A stretch of DNA of 64,000 nt, from positions 301,638-365,637 of the forward strand of contig AP024682.1 in NCBI GenBank assembly GCA_025999395.1. Reading direction: 5' to 3'. Under the pieces are notes generated by a model. The model saw nothing but the letters and a program-made list of their open reading frames with translations, was not told where the DNA came from and did no database searches. A program made the position numbers and the translations under genes. Source of the DNA: Candidatus Parcubacteria bacterium. GTDB lineage: Bacteria > Patescibacteriota > Minisyncoccia > UBA6257 > JAGOQP01. Shown in pieces: positions 39,474 to 51,527 of the stretch (within the stretch, counting starts at the first letter, position 1; each line of letters begins with the position of its first letter).

Positions 39474-41425
39474 CGCTTGGATTTTTTTAATTTTTCGATT
39501 AATTCTTTGATTTCAACTACTTTTTCAAATTGAAGATTTCTTTGAGCTAGTTCTAATCTTTGCTTAAGCTCTCGCAGGTAATCTTTTTTGAATTCCTCTT
39601 GAATAGTGAGTTTAGAAACGGCTTCTTTTTTCTTTAAGGGGAGAGTGCTAATAATTTCTTTGATAATTGGCTGAGGATTTTTGTGATGTTTTTGATTATA
39701 TTTTTCTTGAATAGCTCTTCTTCTTTCCATTTCTTTTATAGCTTCTTTCATAGATTTAGTTATTTTATCAGCGTACATAATTACCTTACCATGCAAACTT
39801 CGAGCCGCTCGGCCCGCTACTTGAATAAATGATGTTTTATCCCTTAAAAATCCCTCTTTATCAGCATCTAAAATTGCTACCAAAGACACTTCTGGCAAAT
39901 CTAAACCTTCTCTAAGTAAATTTACTCCTACCAAAACATCATATTTTCCTTGTCTTAGATCAAAAAGAATTTGCGGTCTTTCTAAGGTATCGATTTCTGA
40001 ATGAAGAAAAGCCGCTTTTATCTTTTTGTCTTTAAGATATTGAGCCAAAGTTTCAGAAAGTTTTTTGGTAAGAACGGTTACTAATACTCTTTCTTTGTTT
40101 TTAATTCTTTGAAGGATTTCTTTAACGAGATCGGGTATTTGGTTTTTAGTTTTTCTTACTTCTACCTCTGGATCTAAGATAAAAGTGGGTCTAACAATTT
40201 GCTCTACCACTAAATCTGATTTCTTTATTTCGTACTCGGCTGGAGTAGCTGAAGAAAAAAGACATTGAGCTTGGGAAGTTTTTTCAAGAAATTCCTGAAA
40301 AGTAAGGGGTCGATTATCTAAAGCGGAAGGAAGTCGAAAGCCGTGTTCAATCAGAGCTTTTTTTCTCGATTTATCTCCTTCAACCATTCCTCTTAATTGA
40401 GGAATGGTAATGTGGGATTCGTCGATTACTAAAAGAAAGTCTGAAGGAAAATAATCGATTAAAGTAAAGGGAGGACTATTTGGTTGTCGGCCATCAAAAT
40501 AACGAGAATAGTTTTCTATTCCTTTACACCAGCCCACCTCAGCAATTAGAGCTAAGTCATAAAGAGTTCTTCTTTTTAATCGCTCAGCCTCTAAAAATTT
40601 CTTTTGTTTTTGAAGATTTTGGATTTGTTCTTCCAGCTCTAACTTTATATTGGAAATAGCGATTTCTCTAACACTTTCTTCGGAAAGCCAAAATTTAGCC
40701 GGGAAAAGATCAATTTCTTTAACTTCTTTGCTTTTTCCCCAAGGAGCTTCCATTTCAATGATTTTTTTAACTTGATCATTGGTAATTTGAACTCGGTAAA
40801 TTAAATCTTTTCCTGAGGGCCAGACATCGATAAACTCTGCTCGCTGACGAAATTTTCCTCGCCAAAAATCGTACTCATTTCTTTCAAATTGAAGTGCTAA
40901 TAATTTTTTTAAGAATTCTCTTTTGGAGATTTTTTGATTAAGTTTAATTTTTAAGGAGAGATTTTGGTAAGTTTGAGGGGAGCCTAAATTGTAAATACAG
41001 GAAACCGAAGCCACAATAATAGTGTTTCGATTTTTTAAAACAGATTGGACAGCAGCGTGCCTAAGCTTTTCGATTTCTTCATTGATTTGAGCTTCTTTTT
41101 CAATATAAGTATCTGAAGCGGGCAAATAAGCTTCTGGTTGATAGTAATCGTAATAGGAAACGAAGTAGTGAACATAATCTTGAGGAAACAATTCTTTAAA
41201 CTCTTCGTAAAGTTGAGCGGCTAAGGTTTTATTATGAGAAATCACCAAAGTTGGCTTGTTTAAAGCTTGAATTACATTAGCAATGGTAAAAGTTTTACCA
41301 CTGCCGGTTACTCCTAGCAGCGTTTGAAATTTATTTCCCTTTTTGAATCCTTTTACAAGTTTTTGGATAGCCTGAGGCTGATCTCCGCTAGGTTTTAATC
41401 TTTTTGAAAGATGGAAGACTGACAT
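39470..41425 (-). CDS. uvrB: Excinuclease ABC subunit B
   Basis: 651 aa. Has GVTGSGKTF (Walker A), helicase motifs, and a C-terminal UVR domain. Confidence 0.95.
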   Translation of the reverse strand: MSVFHLSKRLKPSGDQPQAIQKLVKGFKKGNKFQTLLGVTGSGKTFTIANVIQALNKPTLVISHNKTLAAQLYEEFKELFPQDYVHYFVSYYDYYQPEAYLPASDTYIEKEAQINEEIEKLRHAAVQSVLKNRNTIIVASVSCIYNLGSPQTYQNLSLKIKLNQKISKREFLKKLLALQFERNEYDFWRGKFRQRAEFIDVWPSGKDLIYRVQITNDQVKKIIEMEAPWGKSKEVKEIDLFPAKFWLSEESVREIAISNIKLELEEQIQNLQKQKKFLEAERLKRRTLYDLALIAEVGWCKGIENYSRYFDGRQPNSPPFTLIDYFPSDFLLVIDESHITIPQLRGMVEGDKSRKKALIEHGFRLPSALDNRPLTFQEFLEKTSQAQCLFSSATPAEYEIKKSDLVVEQIVRPTFILDPEVEVRKTKNQIPDLVKEILQRIKNKERVLVTVLTKKLSETLAQYLKDKKIKAAFLHSEIDTLERPQILFDLRQGKYDVLVGVNLLREGLDLPEVSLVAILDADKEGFLRDKTSFIQVAGRAARSLHGKVIMYADKITKSMKEAIKEMERRRAIQEKYNQKHHKNPQPIIKEIISTLPLKKKEAVSKLTIQEEFKKDYLRELKQRLELAQRNLQFEKVVEIKELIEKLKKSKR

Positions 41426-41426
41426 T

Positions 41427-42521
41427 TTATTCTTCTAAAATTTCTTTTTTTCTTTTAAGACGATGATAACTTATAGCAAAACGATGAGCTTCGTCTCTTA
41501 TTTGAAGAAGGACGCTTTTAATATTAAAAGGAATTTCTTTTAAATCCAAGCGATTTCGAGAATAAGGGGAATAAAGAAAGCCTTCGCTTTTTATCCTTTG
41601 GAAAGATCCTTCTTTTTTTGAAAGGTTTAATTTAGCTAAAGCAATGACGGGTATTTCTAGGTTCTTTAGCAAAGCCAATTGTGACTTTCCTCCGTCAATT
41701 ATAATTAAATCAGGGTAAGGCCATTCTTTGTGTTTGAGGCGTCTTTCAATAATTTCTTTGAGAGAAGCGGGATCATTTATTCCCTTCACCCTTTTTATTT
41801 GGAAGCGGCGATAGTATTTTTTAAAGGGTTTTTTGCCAATAAAAGTAACCATTGAACCAACCGTTAATTTTCCTTGAGTATGAGAAACATCAAAACATTC
41901 AAGATGAGGAGAAGGCGAGATCGGCTCATTATAAAGTCTTAAAAAAACCTTTATTCCTTTAATAACTTGAGGATAGGTTTTAGTTTTTTTAAGATGAGCA
42001 TTACAAAACCCTAAGTGGTACTCGAGACACGGAGTTGAGGGTTTATTTTTACAAGTGCGGTAAGGGAAAATTTTTCTTAGGAGTTTTAAAAATTGTTTAA
42101 TTGCTTTGACTTGAGGAAAGGGGCCTTCTAAATCAGCCATTACTTTTTTTGTTTGATGAATTAAAGAAAGACGGGGTAGCTCTTCTTGGCTAAAAGCTAC
42201 ATACAAAAAATCTTTATCGTCTTTTAATTCGATATTGTATTTGGGTTGATATTTTTTTACTAATTTTCTTTCTAAAATTAAAGCTTCTGCCTCAGAATTA
42301 GTTTCTATGAATTCCAAGTCAGCTATTTTTTTGTAATTTATTAAAGTTCCTTGAAGAAAGTTGCTTTTTTGGAAATTTGATTGTCGAAAATGAGAAAGAA
42401 CTCTTTTTTTTAAGTTAGCCGACTTGCCAATATAAATAATTTCCCCTTTTTTATCTTGAAAAAGATAAACTCCGGGATTTTGAGGAAGCTTGTTGATTTT
42501 TTCTTTTAATTCTTTTTTCAT
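41427..42521 (-). CDS. uvrC: Excinuclease ABC subunit C, compact form (GIY-YIG plus RNase H-like endonuclease domain)
   Basis: N-terminal GIY-YIG (GVYLF...IYIGKS), then DVSHTQG and RDEAHRFAISYHR. At 364 aa it appears to lack the (HhH)2 domain and the central UvrB-binding region of canonical UvrC proteins (about 600 aa). Confidence 0.75.
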   Translation of the reverse strand: MKKELKEKINKLPQNPGVYLFQDKKGEIIYIGKSANLKKRVLSHFRQSNFQKSNFLQGTLINYKKIADLEFIETNSEAEALILERKLVKKYQPKYNIELKDDKDFLYVAFSQEELPRLSLIHQTKKVMADLEGPFPQVKAIKQFLKLLRKIFPYRTCKNKPSTPCLEYHLGFCNAHLKKTKTYPQVIKGIKVFLRLYNEPISPSPHLECFDVSHTQGKLTVGSMVTFIGKKPFKKYYRRFQIKRVKGINDPASLKEIIERRLKHKEWPYPDLIIIDGGKSQLALLKNLEIPVIALAKLNLSKKEGSFQRIKSEGFLYSPYSRNRLDLKEIPFNIKSVLLQIRDEAHRFAISYHRLKRKKEILEE

Positions 42522-42574
42522 ATATACTAACTAAATTATAGAATATTTTAATTGGTTGCTTAATTAAGATTTTT

Positions 42575-45493
42575 ATGAACAAATCATTGGAATCAAAAGA
42601 TTTTATCGAAATCAGAGGGGCGCGGGTTCATAACTTAAAAAATGTTAACCTTCTTTTGCCCAAAAATAAACTTATTGTTATTTGCGGAGTTTCTGGTTCG
42701 GGGAAGTCTTCGTTAGCTTTTGATACTCTTTATGAGGAGGGGCAAAGAAGGTATTTAGAAAGCTTATCTTCTTATGTGCGTCAGTTTTTAGGGGGTTTCA
42801 AAAAGCCGGAGGTGGATAAAATTGTTGGTCTTTCTCCTACTATTGCCATTAATCAGAAAAGCGTCTCTTCTAATCCGCGCTCGACGGTAGGAACAATTAC
42901 CGAAATTTACGATCATTTACGCCTTCTTTTTGCCAGAGTCGGGGTTCCTTATTGTCCTTTTGATAACTTGCCAATCGTTGCTCAAACTCCTCAAGAAATT
43001 GCCCAAAAGATTATCGATTTAGCGAATTTAGGAGAAGTAATTTTGTTGGCACCGGTGATTGTTGGTAAAAAGGGTCAACATCAGGCAGTCTTTGAGGAAA
43101 TAAGAAGAGGGGGCTATCTTCAGGTAAGGGTAGATGGATACTTTTACTCTGTAGACGAAGCCAAAGAGCTTTCTTTAGAAAAAAATAAAAAGCATACTAT
43201 TGAAGTGGTAGTGGGCAGGTTTTTTACCGGTGTTAAAGTAAATATCGAGAAAAATCTCTCGCGTTTAGAAAAAAAGGCCTTAAAAAATAAGAAAAGAAAG
43301 ATTGAAAGTTTAATCAAAGAAGAAAAACTGGAGATTTTAGAAGCAGTTCGTAAAGGTTTAATGATAGGTTCGGGGAATATTGTTGCTTTATTTAAAAATA
43401 AAGAAATTTCTTTTTCAGAAAATTATGCTTGTCAGAAATGCGGTTTTTCTCTTCCCAAAATTGAGCCCCGAACCTTTTCTTTTAATAGTCCTTTTGGGGC
43501 TTGTTCGGCTTGCCAAGGATTAGGGACAAAATTGGAGATTGATTTAAACTTAATTATTAATCCGGAAATTTCACTAGAAGCGGGAGCCATAAAACCTTGG
43601 TTTTTCTTAAGTCGGGTTGCGAAAAGAGCTTTAGGGGTCAATTGGCAGCGTTTTGTTACTTTAAATATTTTAGAAGATTTAGGAATTTCTCCGCGAACAC
43701 CTTTTGGAAAACTTCCTTTAGAAGTTCAGCAGAAGATTCTTTATGGTGATAAAAATAACTACATCTACTTAAAAGATGGTGATTGGGAGGGAAAAACTTT
43801 GTTTGAAGGAATTATTCCTCGTTTGGAGCGGCTGTATTATGAAACCGATTCCGATTTTATTCGCAGCGAGCTTTCCAAATATATGACCGAAAAAGTATGC
43901 ACTGTTTGTGAGGGTTCGCGTTTAAGAAAAGAGGCTTTAGCGGTAAAAATAGCCTCTCAGAATATTTTTCAAATTTCTTTGATGCCAATCTCTGACTTAA
44001 TTAAGTTTTTTGAAAATAAAGTTTATCAAGGAATGTCGGAAAGCCAAAAAGAAGTTGCTGAACCAATTGTGAAGGAAATTTTAAGTAAGGCTAATTTTTT
44101 AAAAGATGTTGGACTTGAATATATTAATTTAGCTCGTTCAGCCAGCAGTTTATCAGTAGGAGAAAATCAAAGGATTCGTTTGGCTACTCAATTGGGTTCC
44201 GGACTTTCGGGAGTAATTTATGTCTTGGATGAACCTACGATTGGACTTCATGCTCGAGACACAGAAAGATTAATAAAAACTCTTAAGGAATTAAGAGATC
44301 TCCAAAATACCGTGATTGTGGTTGAACATGATCAAAAAGTAATTGAAAACGCGGATTGGGTAGTGGAAATTGGTCCGGAAGCTGGAGAAAACGGAGGAAG
44401 AATTGTTTTTCAGGGAACTCCTCTTCAGTTAAAAAAATCAAAAACTTTAACCGGAGTTTACTTTTCAGGTAAGAAAAAAGTTAGTTCTAACCTTACTAAA
44501 GTCTCTCATGCCTCGGGGGTAATAAAACTTTGGGGAGCTTCTCAATTTAATTTAAAAAATGTGAATCTGAAAGTTCCTTTGGGAAAGTTTGTTTGTGTTG
44601 CCGGAGTTTCGGGTTCGGGAAAAAGTACTTTAGTTTTAGAAGTTTTAGCCAAAGCTTTAGAAAAAGAAGTTTTAAAGGCAAATATTTCTGTTTCTAATTA
44701 TCGAAAATTGGAGATTGAAGGAAAATTAGATAAAGTTATTGTAGTTGATCAAAGTCCAATCGGAAGAACCCCGCGCTCGAATCCGGCTACTTACACCGGT
44801 ATCTTTACTCCGATTCGTCAATTTTTTGCTCGCTTACAGGAATCTCAAATTAGAGGTTACAGCCCCTCTTACTTTAGTTTTAATGTGAAGCCGGGAAGAT
44901 GCGAAGCTTGTAAAGGAGAAGGCTTTAAAAAAGTAGAAATGTATTTTTTGCCGGATATGTATGTGGAATGCGAAGTTTGTAAAGGGACTAGATTTTCTCC
45001 CGAGGTCTTGGAGGTTAAGTTTAAAGATAAAAATATTGCTGAAGTTTTAAATTTGAGTATTAAAGAAGCCTTAGATTTTTTTGCTCATTTTCCCCCAATC
45101 GCTGATAAATTAAGAGTTCTGGATGAAATTGGTTTAGGTTATATGAAATTAGGTCAGCCGGCTACTACTTTATCGGGGGGAGAGGCTCAAAGAGTTAAGC
45201 TTTCTCAAGAATTAGCCAGAAGAGATACGGGAAAAACTCTTTACATTCTTGATGAGCCAACGGTTGGCCTTCATTTTGAAGATGTAAGAAAACTTCTCTA
45301 TCTTTTGCGTTCTTTGGTTTTAAAAGGCAACACCGTTTTAGTTATCGAACATAATCTTGATGTTTTAAAAGAAGCTGACTGGATCATAGAACTAGGGCCA
45401 GAGGGAGGGGAAAGAGGGGGAAAAATTATTTTTGAAGGGACACCCGAGGAAATGAAAAAGAAAAAAACCGTGACCGGACGATTTTTGCAATAA
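42575..45493 (+). CDS. uvrA: Excinuclease ABC subunit A
   Basis: 972 aa. Two ABC ATPase modules (GVSGSGKSSL and GVSGSGKSTL), zinc-finger Cys pairs, and LSGGE signature motifs. Confidence 0.95.
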   Translation: MNKSLESKDFIEIRGARVHNLKNVNLLLPKNKLIVICGVSGSGKSSLAFDTLYEEGQRRYLESLSSYVRQFLGGFKKPEVDKIVGLSPTIAINQKSVSSNPRSTVGTITEIYDHLRLLFARVGVPYCPFDNLPIVAQTPQEIAQKIIDLANLGEVILLAPVIVGKKGQHQAVFEEIRRGGYLQVRVDGYFYSVDEAKELSLEKNKKHTIEVVVGRFFTGVKVNIEKNLSRLEKKALKNKKRKIESLIKEEKLEILEAVRKGLMIGSGNIVALFKNKEISFSENYACQKCGFSLPKIEPRTFSFNSPFGACSACQGLGTKLEIDLNLIINPEISLEAGAIKPWFFLSRVAKRALGVNWQRFVTLNILEDLGISPRTPFGKLPLEVQQKILYGDKNNYIYLKDGDWEGKTLFEGIIPRLERLYYETDSDFIRSELSKYMTEKVCTVCEGSRLRKEALAVKIASQNIFQISLMPISDLIKFFENKVYQGMSESQKEVAEPIVKEILSKANFLKDVGLEYINLARSASSLSVGENQRIRLATQLGSGLSGVIYVLDEPTIGLHARDTERLIKTLKELRDLQNTVIVVEHDQKVIENADWVVEIGPEAGENGGRIVFQGTPLQLKKSKTLTGVYFSGKKKVSSNLTKVSHASGVIKLWGASQFNLKNVNLKVPLGKFVCVAGVSGSGKSTLVLEVLAKALEKEVLKANISVSNYRKLEIEGKLDKVIVVDQSPIGRTPRSNPATYTGIFTPIRQFFARLQESQIRGYSPSYFSFNVKPGRCEACKGEGFKKVEMYFLPDMYVECEVCKGTRFSPEVLEVKFKDKNIAEVLNLSIKEALDFFAHFPPIADKLRVLDEIGLGYMKLGQPATTLSGGEAQRVKLSQELARRDTGKTLYILDEPTVGLHFEDVRKLLYLLRSLVLKGNTVLVIEHNLDVLKEADWIIELGPEGGERGGKIIFEGTPEEMKKKKTVTGRFLQ

Positions 45494-45497
45494 TTTT

Positions 45498-46202
45498 TTA
45501 GCGAGTGTGATGAAAGACATCGATAATTAGTCTTTCATCGGGTTTAATTTCTTCTTTGATGCTTTTAATAATAACCTCAGCCACCTCTTCGGCTGAATGA
45601 AAAGCCTTTCTTTCTCCAAAGAGCTTTCTAAACATTTGAGTATCGGTGGAGCCTGGGGTAATAGTAAAAACTTTGATTCCATAGTCAGAAAGTTCTTGAC
45701 TAAGAGATTGAGAGAAATTAATCAACGCAGCTTTAGTGAGAGAATAAAGAGAAAGTTCTCCAATACCCAAAACTCCTGCACCGGAAGCAATATTGATAAT
45801 CATTCCTCCCTTCGGATTAGCAGTCATTTCTTTTAGCACTTCTTTAGTAACTGTTAAAGTTCCTTTAATATTAACATCGATAAGAAAATCCCAATCTTTT
45901 TTAGTGGTTTGAATGAATTTTTTTCTTTGAGCAACGGCAGCGTTATTAATAAGAACATCTATTCTTTGAAATTTAGAGAGGGTAGCTGAAACCGCCTTGG
46001 CTACTTCTTGAGCTTTACAAATGTCACCTTTGATAATTAGGGCGTTTTCGTTGGCGGCAATCTTTTTTATTTCTTCATCTTTAGGAATTTCTAAGGAATA
46101 GATGGTAACTTTAGCTCCTTCTAAAAGAAGTTTTTTAGCAGTAGCAAGACCAATTCCCGAAGAGCCGCCAGTGAGAAAGACTACTTTGTTTTTTAAGTTC
46201 AT
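45498..46202 (-). CDS. Short-chain dehydrogenase/reductase (SDR) family oxidoreductase
   Basis: TGGSSGIG Rossmann motif, NNAA, and the catalytic S...YxxxK pattern. Confidence 0.8.
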   Translation of the reverse strand: MNLKNKVVFLTGGSSGIGLATAKKLLLEGAKVTIYSLEIPKDEEIKKIAANENALIIKGDICKAQEVAKAVSATLSKFQRIDVLINNAAVAQRKKFIQTTKKDWDFLIDVNIKGTLTVTKEVLKEMTANPKGGMIINIASGAGVLGIGELSLYSLTKAALINFSQSLSQELSDYGIKVFTITPGSTDTQMFRKLFGERKAFHSAEEVAEVIIKSIKEEIKPDERLIIDVFHHTR

Positions 46203-46283
46203 ATCATCAAAGGATCAGGTTTTTGTAGCCAAGGACACTTAAATATAGTATAATGAAAAAAATAAAAAATTAAAGTTCCTAAA

Positions 46284-47324
46284 ATGAATTCTTGGATTTT
46301 CTTTGTTTTTCTTATTTTACAAGCTATTTTTTTAGTGGCTTTTTATTTTCTTTTCAAAAAAAGTTTTAAAAAGGAGGAAAATAACGCGCCTCTTTTAATG
46401 CTTCAAAATCAAATCAACGAGCTTTCAAAGATTATTGATTTAAAATTAGGTGAATCCTATAAAGCAGTTCAACATCAGTTTTCTGAAAGCGCTAAAATTA
46501 TTCGAGATGTTACCGAACGCTTAACCCGATTGGATGAAACTAATAAGCAGGTAATTAGTATTACTGATCAGCTGAAAAGTTTACAGGATATTTTAAAAAA
46601 TCCTAAACAACGAGGAGTGTTGGGGGAGTATTATTTAGAAACAGTTCTAAAAAATGTCTTGCCTCCTCATGTTTATCAAATGCAGTATGAGTTTGCTAAT
46701 GGAGACACAGTGGATGCAGTGGTTTTTGTTAAAGACAAAATTATTCCCATCGATTCCAAGTTTAGTTTGGAAAATTATAACCGTGCTCTGGAGGCTCAAT
46801 CGGAAGAAGAGCGGAAGAGATATGAGAATGCTTTTTCTCAAGATTTAAAAAATCGAATTGATGAAACCGCCAAGTATGTTCGCCCTGAAGAAGGAACGAT
46901 GGATTTTGCTTTTATGTTTATTCCTTCAGAGGCAGTTTTCTATGACTTATTAATTAACAAAGTTGGGGTAATTCAATCCAATACTCGGGATTTAATTAGT
47001 TACGCCGCTGCTGAAAAGAAAGTTATTATTGTTTCTCCCACTACCTTTTTGGCTTATCTTCAAACGGTTTTACAAGGATTAAGAGCTTTACAAATAGAAG
47101 AATCAGCTAAAGAAATAAAAAAAAGAGTGATTGATTTAGGAAAACATCTTCTGAATTACGAAAATTATTTTCGTAAGATTGGTAATCACTTAGCAACAAC
47201 GGTAAATGCTTATAATTCAGCCTATAAAGAATTGGGAAAAATAGATAAGGATATTGTAAAAATTTCGGGTAAATCTCCTGAAATTGAAGTAGAAGAAATA
47301 GAAGGACCAAGGCTCGAGGATTAA
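46284..47324 (+). CDS. rmuC: DNA recombination protein RmuC
   Basis: N-terminal TM segment, a long coiled coil, and a C-terminal RmuC-like region (DAVVFVKDKIIPIDSKF). Confidence 0.7.
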   Translation: MNSWIFFVFLILQAIFLVAFYFLFKKSFKKEENNAPLLMLQNQINELSKIIDLKLGESYKAVQHQFSESAKIIRDVTERLTRLDETNKQVISITDQLKSLQDILKNPKQRGVLGEYYLETVLKNVLPPHVYQMQYEFANGDTVDAVVFVKDKIIPIDSKFSLENYNRALEAQSEEERKRYENAFSQDLKNRIDETAKYVRPEEGTMDFAFMFIPSEAVFYDLLINKVGVIQSNTRDLISYAAAEKKVIIVSPTTFLAYLQTVLQGLRALQIEESAKEIKKRVIDLGKHLLNYENYFRKIGNHLATTVNAYNSAYKELGKIDKDIVKISGKSPEIEVEEIEGPRLED

Positions 47325-47349
47325 GAAAAAAAAGATTAATTGAAGTTTT

Positions 47350-47439
47350 TTGTCAAGTATTTTTACGATCGTCAAATCCTTGACAAAGAAAAGCAAATTT
47401 AATATTTCTTCTTGACAGAAGCTTTTCTTTAAATAGAAT
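47350..47439 (+). promoter_or_regulatory. groESL upstream regulatory region: inverted repeat plus tandem TTGACA promoters, with no canonical CIRCE
   Basis: IR ttgtcaag (47350-57) / cttgacaa (47379-86). A second CTTGACA at 47411-17 is followed 16 nt later by TAGAAT (47434-39). The CIRCE consensus TTAGCACTC-N9-GAGTGCTAA is absent. Confidence 0.35.
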
Positions 47440-47533
47440 TCTTTTAAGAAAAAATAAGAGAAAAGGAAAATGGTCGATTTTCCATTTTTTTTGTGATTCT
47501 GAAAATTTAGAAGTAATCTTTTATCAAAGAACT

Positions 47534-47824
47534 ATGAATCTAAAACCACTTTCTAATCATATTGTCATTCAACCTTTAGAGGAAGAAAAAATTACTAAAG
47601 CCGGAATAGTTCTTCCGGAAAGCGCAGAAGAAAAACCTTTCAAAGGTAAAATTGTTGCTGTTGGTCCGGGAAAAAAGAACGAAAAAGGAGAATTAATTCC
47701 TCTCTCAGTTAAGGTAGGGGATCTGGTGCTTTTTAAGAAATATGGTCCTGATGAAATAGAGATCGATGGACAAAAGTATCTGATCGGAGACGAAGATGAT
47801 GTTTTAGCAATTATAGAGGAATAA
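47534..47824 (+). CDS. groES: Co-chaperonin GroES
   Basis: 96 aa. IKPLSNHIVIQPLEEEKITKAGIVLPESA is the Hsp10 mobile loop region. Confidence 0.95.
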   Translation: MNLKPLSNHIVIQPLEEEKITKAGIVLPESAEEKPFKGKIVAVGPGKKNEKGELIPLSVKVGDLVLFKKYGPDEIEIDGQKYLIGDEDDVLAIIEE

Positions 47825-49519
<1,695 letters not shown>

Positions 49520-49550
49520 GCCTTTAATTTATTAGTGGAAAAAATTGAGA

Positions 49551-49580
49551 CGACCTGCTATAATAAAGCAGGTCGTTTTT
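49551..49580 (+). terminator. Rho-independent terminator after groEL
   Basis: acgacctgc/gcaggtcgt hairpin followed by a T-run. Confidence 0.7.
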
Positions 49581-49616
49581 GTATGGTTTTTTTAAAATTA
49601 ATTAATTTTTAGGAAT

Positions 49617-50183
49617 ATGAATATTTTGGGTTTTCTGAGTTCAAATTTTATCTGGATTATTTTGGTTTTGGTGGTTGGCTGGCTGATTTTAACTTATAAC
49701 TCTTTGGTGAGAACCAGAAATCGGGTAAGAGAGGGGTGGTCGGATATTGAGGTTCAGCTTAAAAGAAGACATGATTTGATCCCTAATCTGGTAAATACAG
49801 TTAAGGGCTATATGGCTCATGAAAGAACTGTTTTTGAAAATGTAACTCAAGCTCGAGCCAGAGCGTTAGGAGCGCAAAATAAACAAGAGAGAGCAGAAGC
49901 AGAAGGAGAGCTTTCTAATACTTTGAAAACTCTTTTTGCAGTTGCTGAAAACTATCCCGAACTTAAAGCCAACGCCAATTTCTTAGATCTTCAAAGAGAA
50001 ATTGCTGATACCGAAAACAAGATTCAAGCCGCTCGTCGTTTTTACAACAGTATGGTTTTGGAGCTTAACACTAAAATTCAAGTTTTTCCCACTAACTTAA
50101 TTGCTCGGCTTTTAGGATTTAAGGAAGAAGAATTCTTTAAAGCGGAAGAAGAGGAAAAAGAAAATGTAAAAGTTGAGTTTTAA
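49617..50183 (+). CDS. lemA: LemA family protein
   Basis: N-terminal TM segment and the LemA signature [33 protein letters not shown]. Confidence 0.85.
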   Translation: MNILGFLSSNFIWIILVLVVGWLILTYNSLVRTRNRVREGWSDIEVQLKRRHDLIPNLVNTVKGYMAHERTVFENVTQARARALGAQNKQERAEAEGELSNTLKTLFAVAENYPELKANANFLDLQREIADTENKIQAARRFYNSMVLELNTKIQVFPTNLIARLLGFKEEEFFKAEEEEKENVKVEF

Positions 50184-50204
50184 TTTTTTAATTATCCTTT
50201 TACT

Positions 50205-50498
50205 ATGAATACTAGCCTTAACAATTTCTTGACTTTGTTAGAGCAAAATACTTTGCTGTTCTATCTTTTTTTGGCTTGGAGTCTTTTTTGGAAAGGAATT
50301 GCGTTATGGAAAGCCGCCCGCAATAATCATCGCTACTGGTTTTTGGCTTTGCTGATTTTGAATTTTGGAGGGGTTTTGGAGATTCTTTATGTTTTTGTTT
50401 TCAGTAAAGGAAAAAAGGAGGATCAGCAAAAAGTTAGTCAAGAGGTAGAGCACTCGGAAGAAAAATCAGAAGAGAAAGACGATTCTTCGTCTCAGTAA
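50205..50498 (+). CDS. Small hypothetical membrane protein with an acidic tail
   Basis: Two TM helices and an acidic C-terminal tail (EEKSEEKDDSSSQ). Confidence 0.4.
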   Translation: MNTSLNNFLTLLEQNTLLFYLFLAWSLFWKGIALWKAARNNHRYWFLALLILNFGGVLEILYVFVFSKGKKEDQQKVSQEVEHSEEKSEEKDDSSSQ

Positions 50499-50549
50499 GG
50501 AGAAAATTAAAAGAAAAGTTAAAATTAACTCGCCTTCGAATTAGTTCTT

Positions 50550-51446
50550 ATGACTAACAATCTTTATAGTTTTCGAGACGCTAACATTAGAAAGACTTGG
50601 CTGATTTTTTCTTTGTTTTTGTTAGTCATTATTGGATTGGGATGGTTTTTTTCTTATTTCTACAACGATCCTCAAATCCTTTACTTTGCGGTAGCTTTTA
50701 GTCTTTTTTTCAATCTTTTAGCTTACTGGAAATCTGATAAGGTAGCCTTAGCGATTGCGAAAGCAAAAGAAGCGGATAAAAATAATTTTTTAGAAATTTA
50801 CAGAATTGTTGAAAATCTTTCTATCACCGCTGGAATTCCAACCCCTAAAATTTATATTATCGAAGATCCTTCACCGAATGCTTTTGCTACCGGTAGAAAT
50901 CCTCAAAATGCTGCTATTGCTTTAACTACCGGATTAATTGAAAGATTAAACCGGAGCGAAATTGAAGGAGTGGTGGCTCATGAGCTTTCTCATATTAGAA
51001 ACTACGATATTTTACTTTCAACGGTTGTGGTAGTGTTGGTGGGTATTATTTCTTTACTGGCAGACTTTTTTATTAGGCTTACTTGGTTTAGGAAAAACGA
51101 TGATAGGGAAAGAAATCCTCTTCTTATGATGATAGGATTAATTTTTGCTATATTAGCTCCTTTAATTGGCACCCTTATTCAGTTGGCTATTTCTCGGAAG
51201 CGAGAATTTTTAGCAGATGCCTCGGGCGCTCTTTTAACTCGTTACCCGGAAGGATTAGCTAGCGCCTTGGAAAAAATTGCTTCTGCTCCTCCTTTGCGAA
51301 GAGCTTATAACGCGACTGCTCATCTTTTTATTGCCAATCCTTTTAAAGCAGATGCAGAAAAGAAAGAAAAAATTCCTTTGCTGGTAAGATTGTTTTCTAC
51401 TCATCCTCCTATTCAGGAAAGGATAAGAATACTAAGAGAAATGTAA
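50550..51446 (+). CDS. htpX: Zinc metalloprotease HtpX (M48 family)
   Basis: HELSHIRN (the HExxH motif), four TM helices, and a downstream Glu ligand region (REFLADASGA). Confidence 0.85.
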   Translation: MTNNLYSFRDANIRKTWLIFSLFLLVIIGLGWFFSYFYNDPQILYFAVAFSLFFNLLAYWKSDKVALAIAKAKEADKNNFLEIYRIVENLSITAGIPTPKIYIIEDPSPNAFATGRNPQNAAIALTTGLIERLNRSEIEGVVAHELSHIRNYDILLSTVVVVLVGIISLLADFFIRLTWFRKNDDRERNPLLMMIGLIFAILAPLIGTLIQLAISRKREFLADASGALLTRYPEGLASALEKIASAPPLRRAYNATAHLFIANPFKADAEKKEKIPLLVRLFSTHPPIQERIRILREM

Positions 51447-51470
51447 AAAAAAATTAAAGGTTTTTAAAAT

Positions 51471-51506
51471 AAAAAACCCATCGAAAAAAGATGGGTTTTT
51501 GTTTTT
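51471..51506. terminator. Bidirectional rho-independent terminator
   Basis: cccatc/gatggg hairpin with a flanking A-run and T-run. Lies between convergent htpX and 51528..51923. Confidence 0.65.
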
Positions 51507-51527
51507 GTGGGGAAACTTTATTTTCTA

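Noticed and set aside
47325-47533. CIRCE/HrcA operator upstream of groES
   Set aside because: No match to the CIRCE consensus. A different palindrome is reported in its place.
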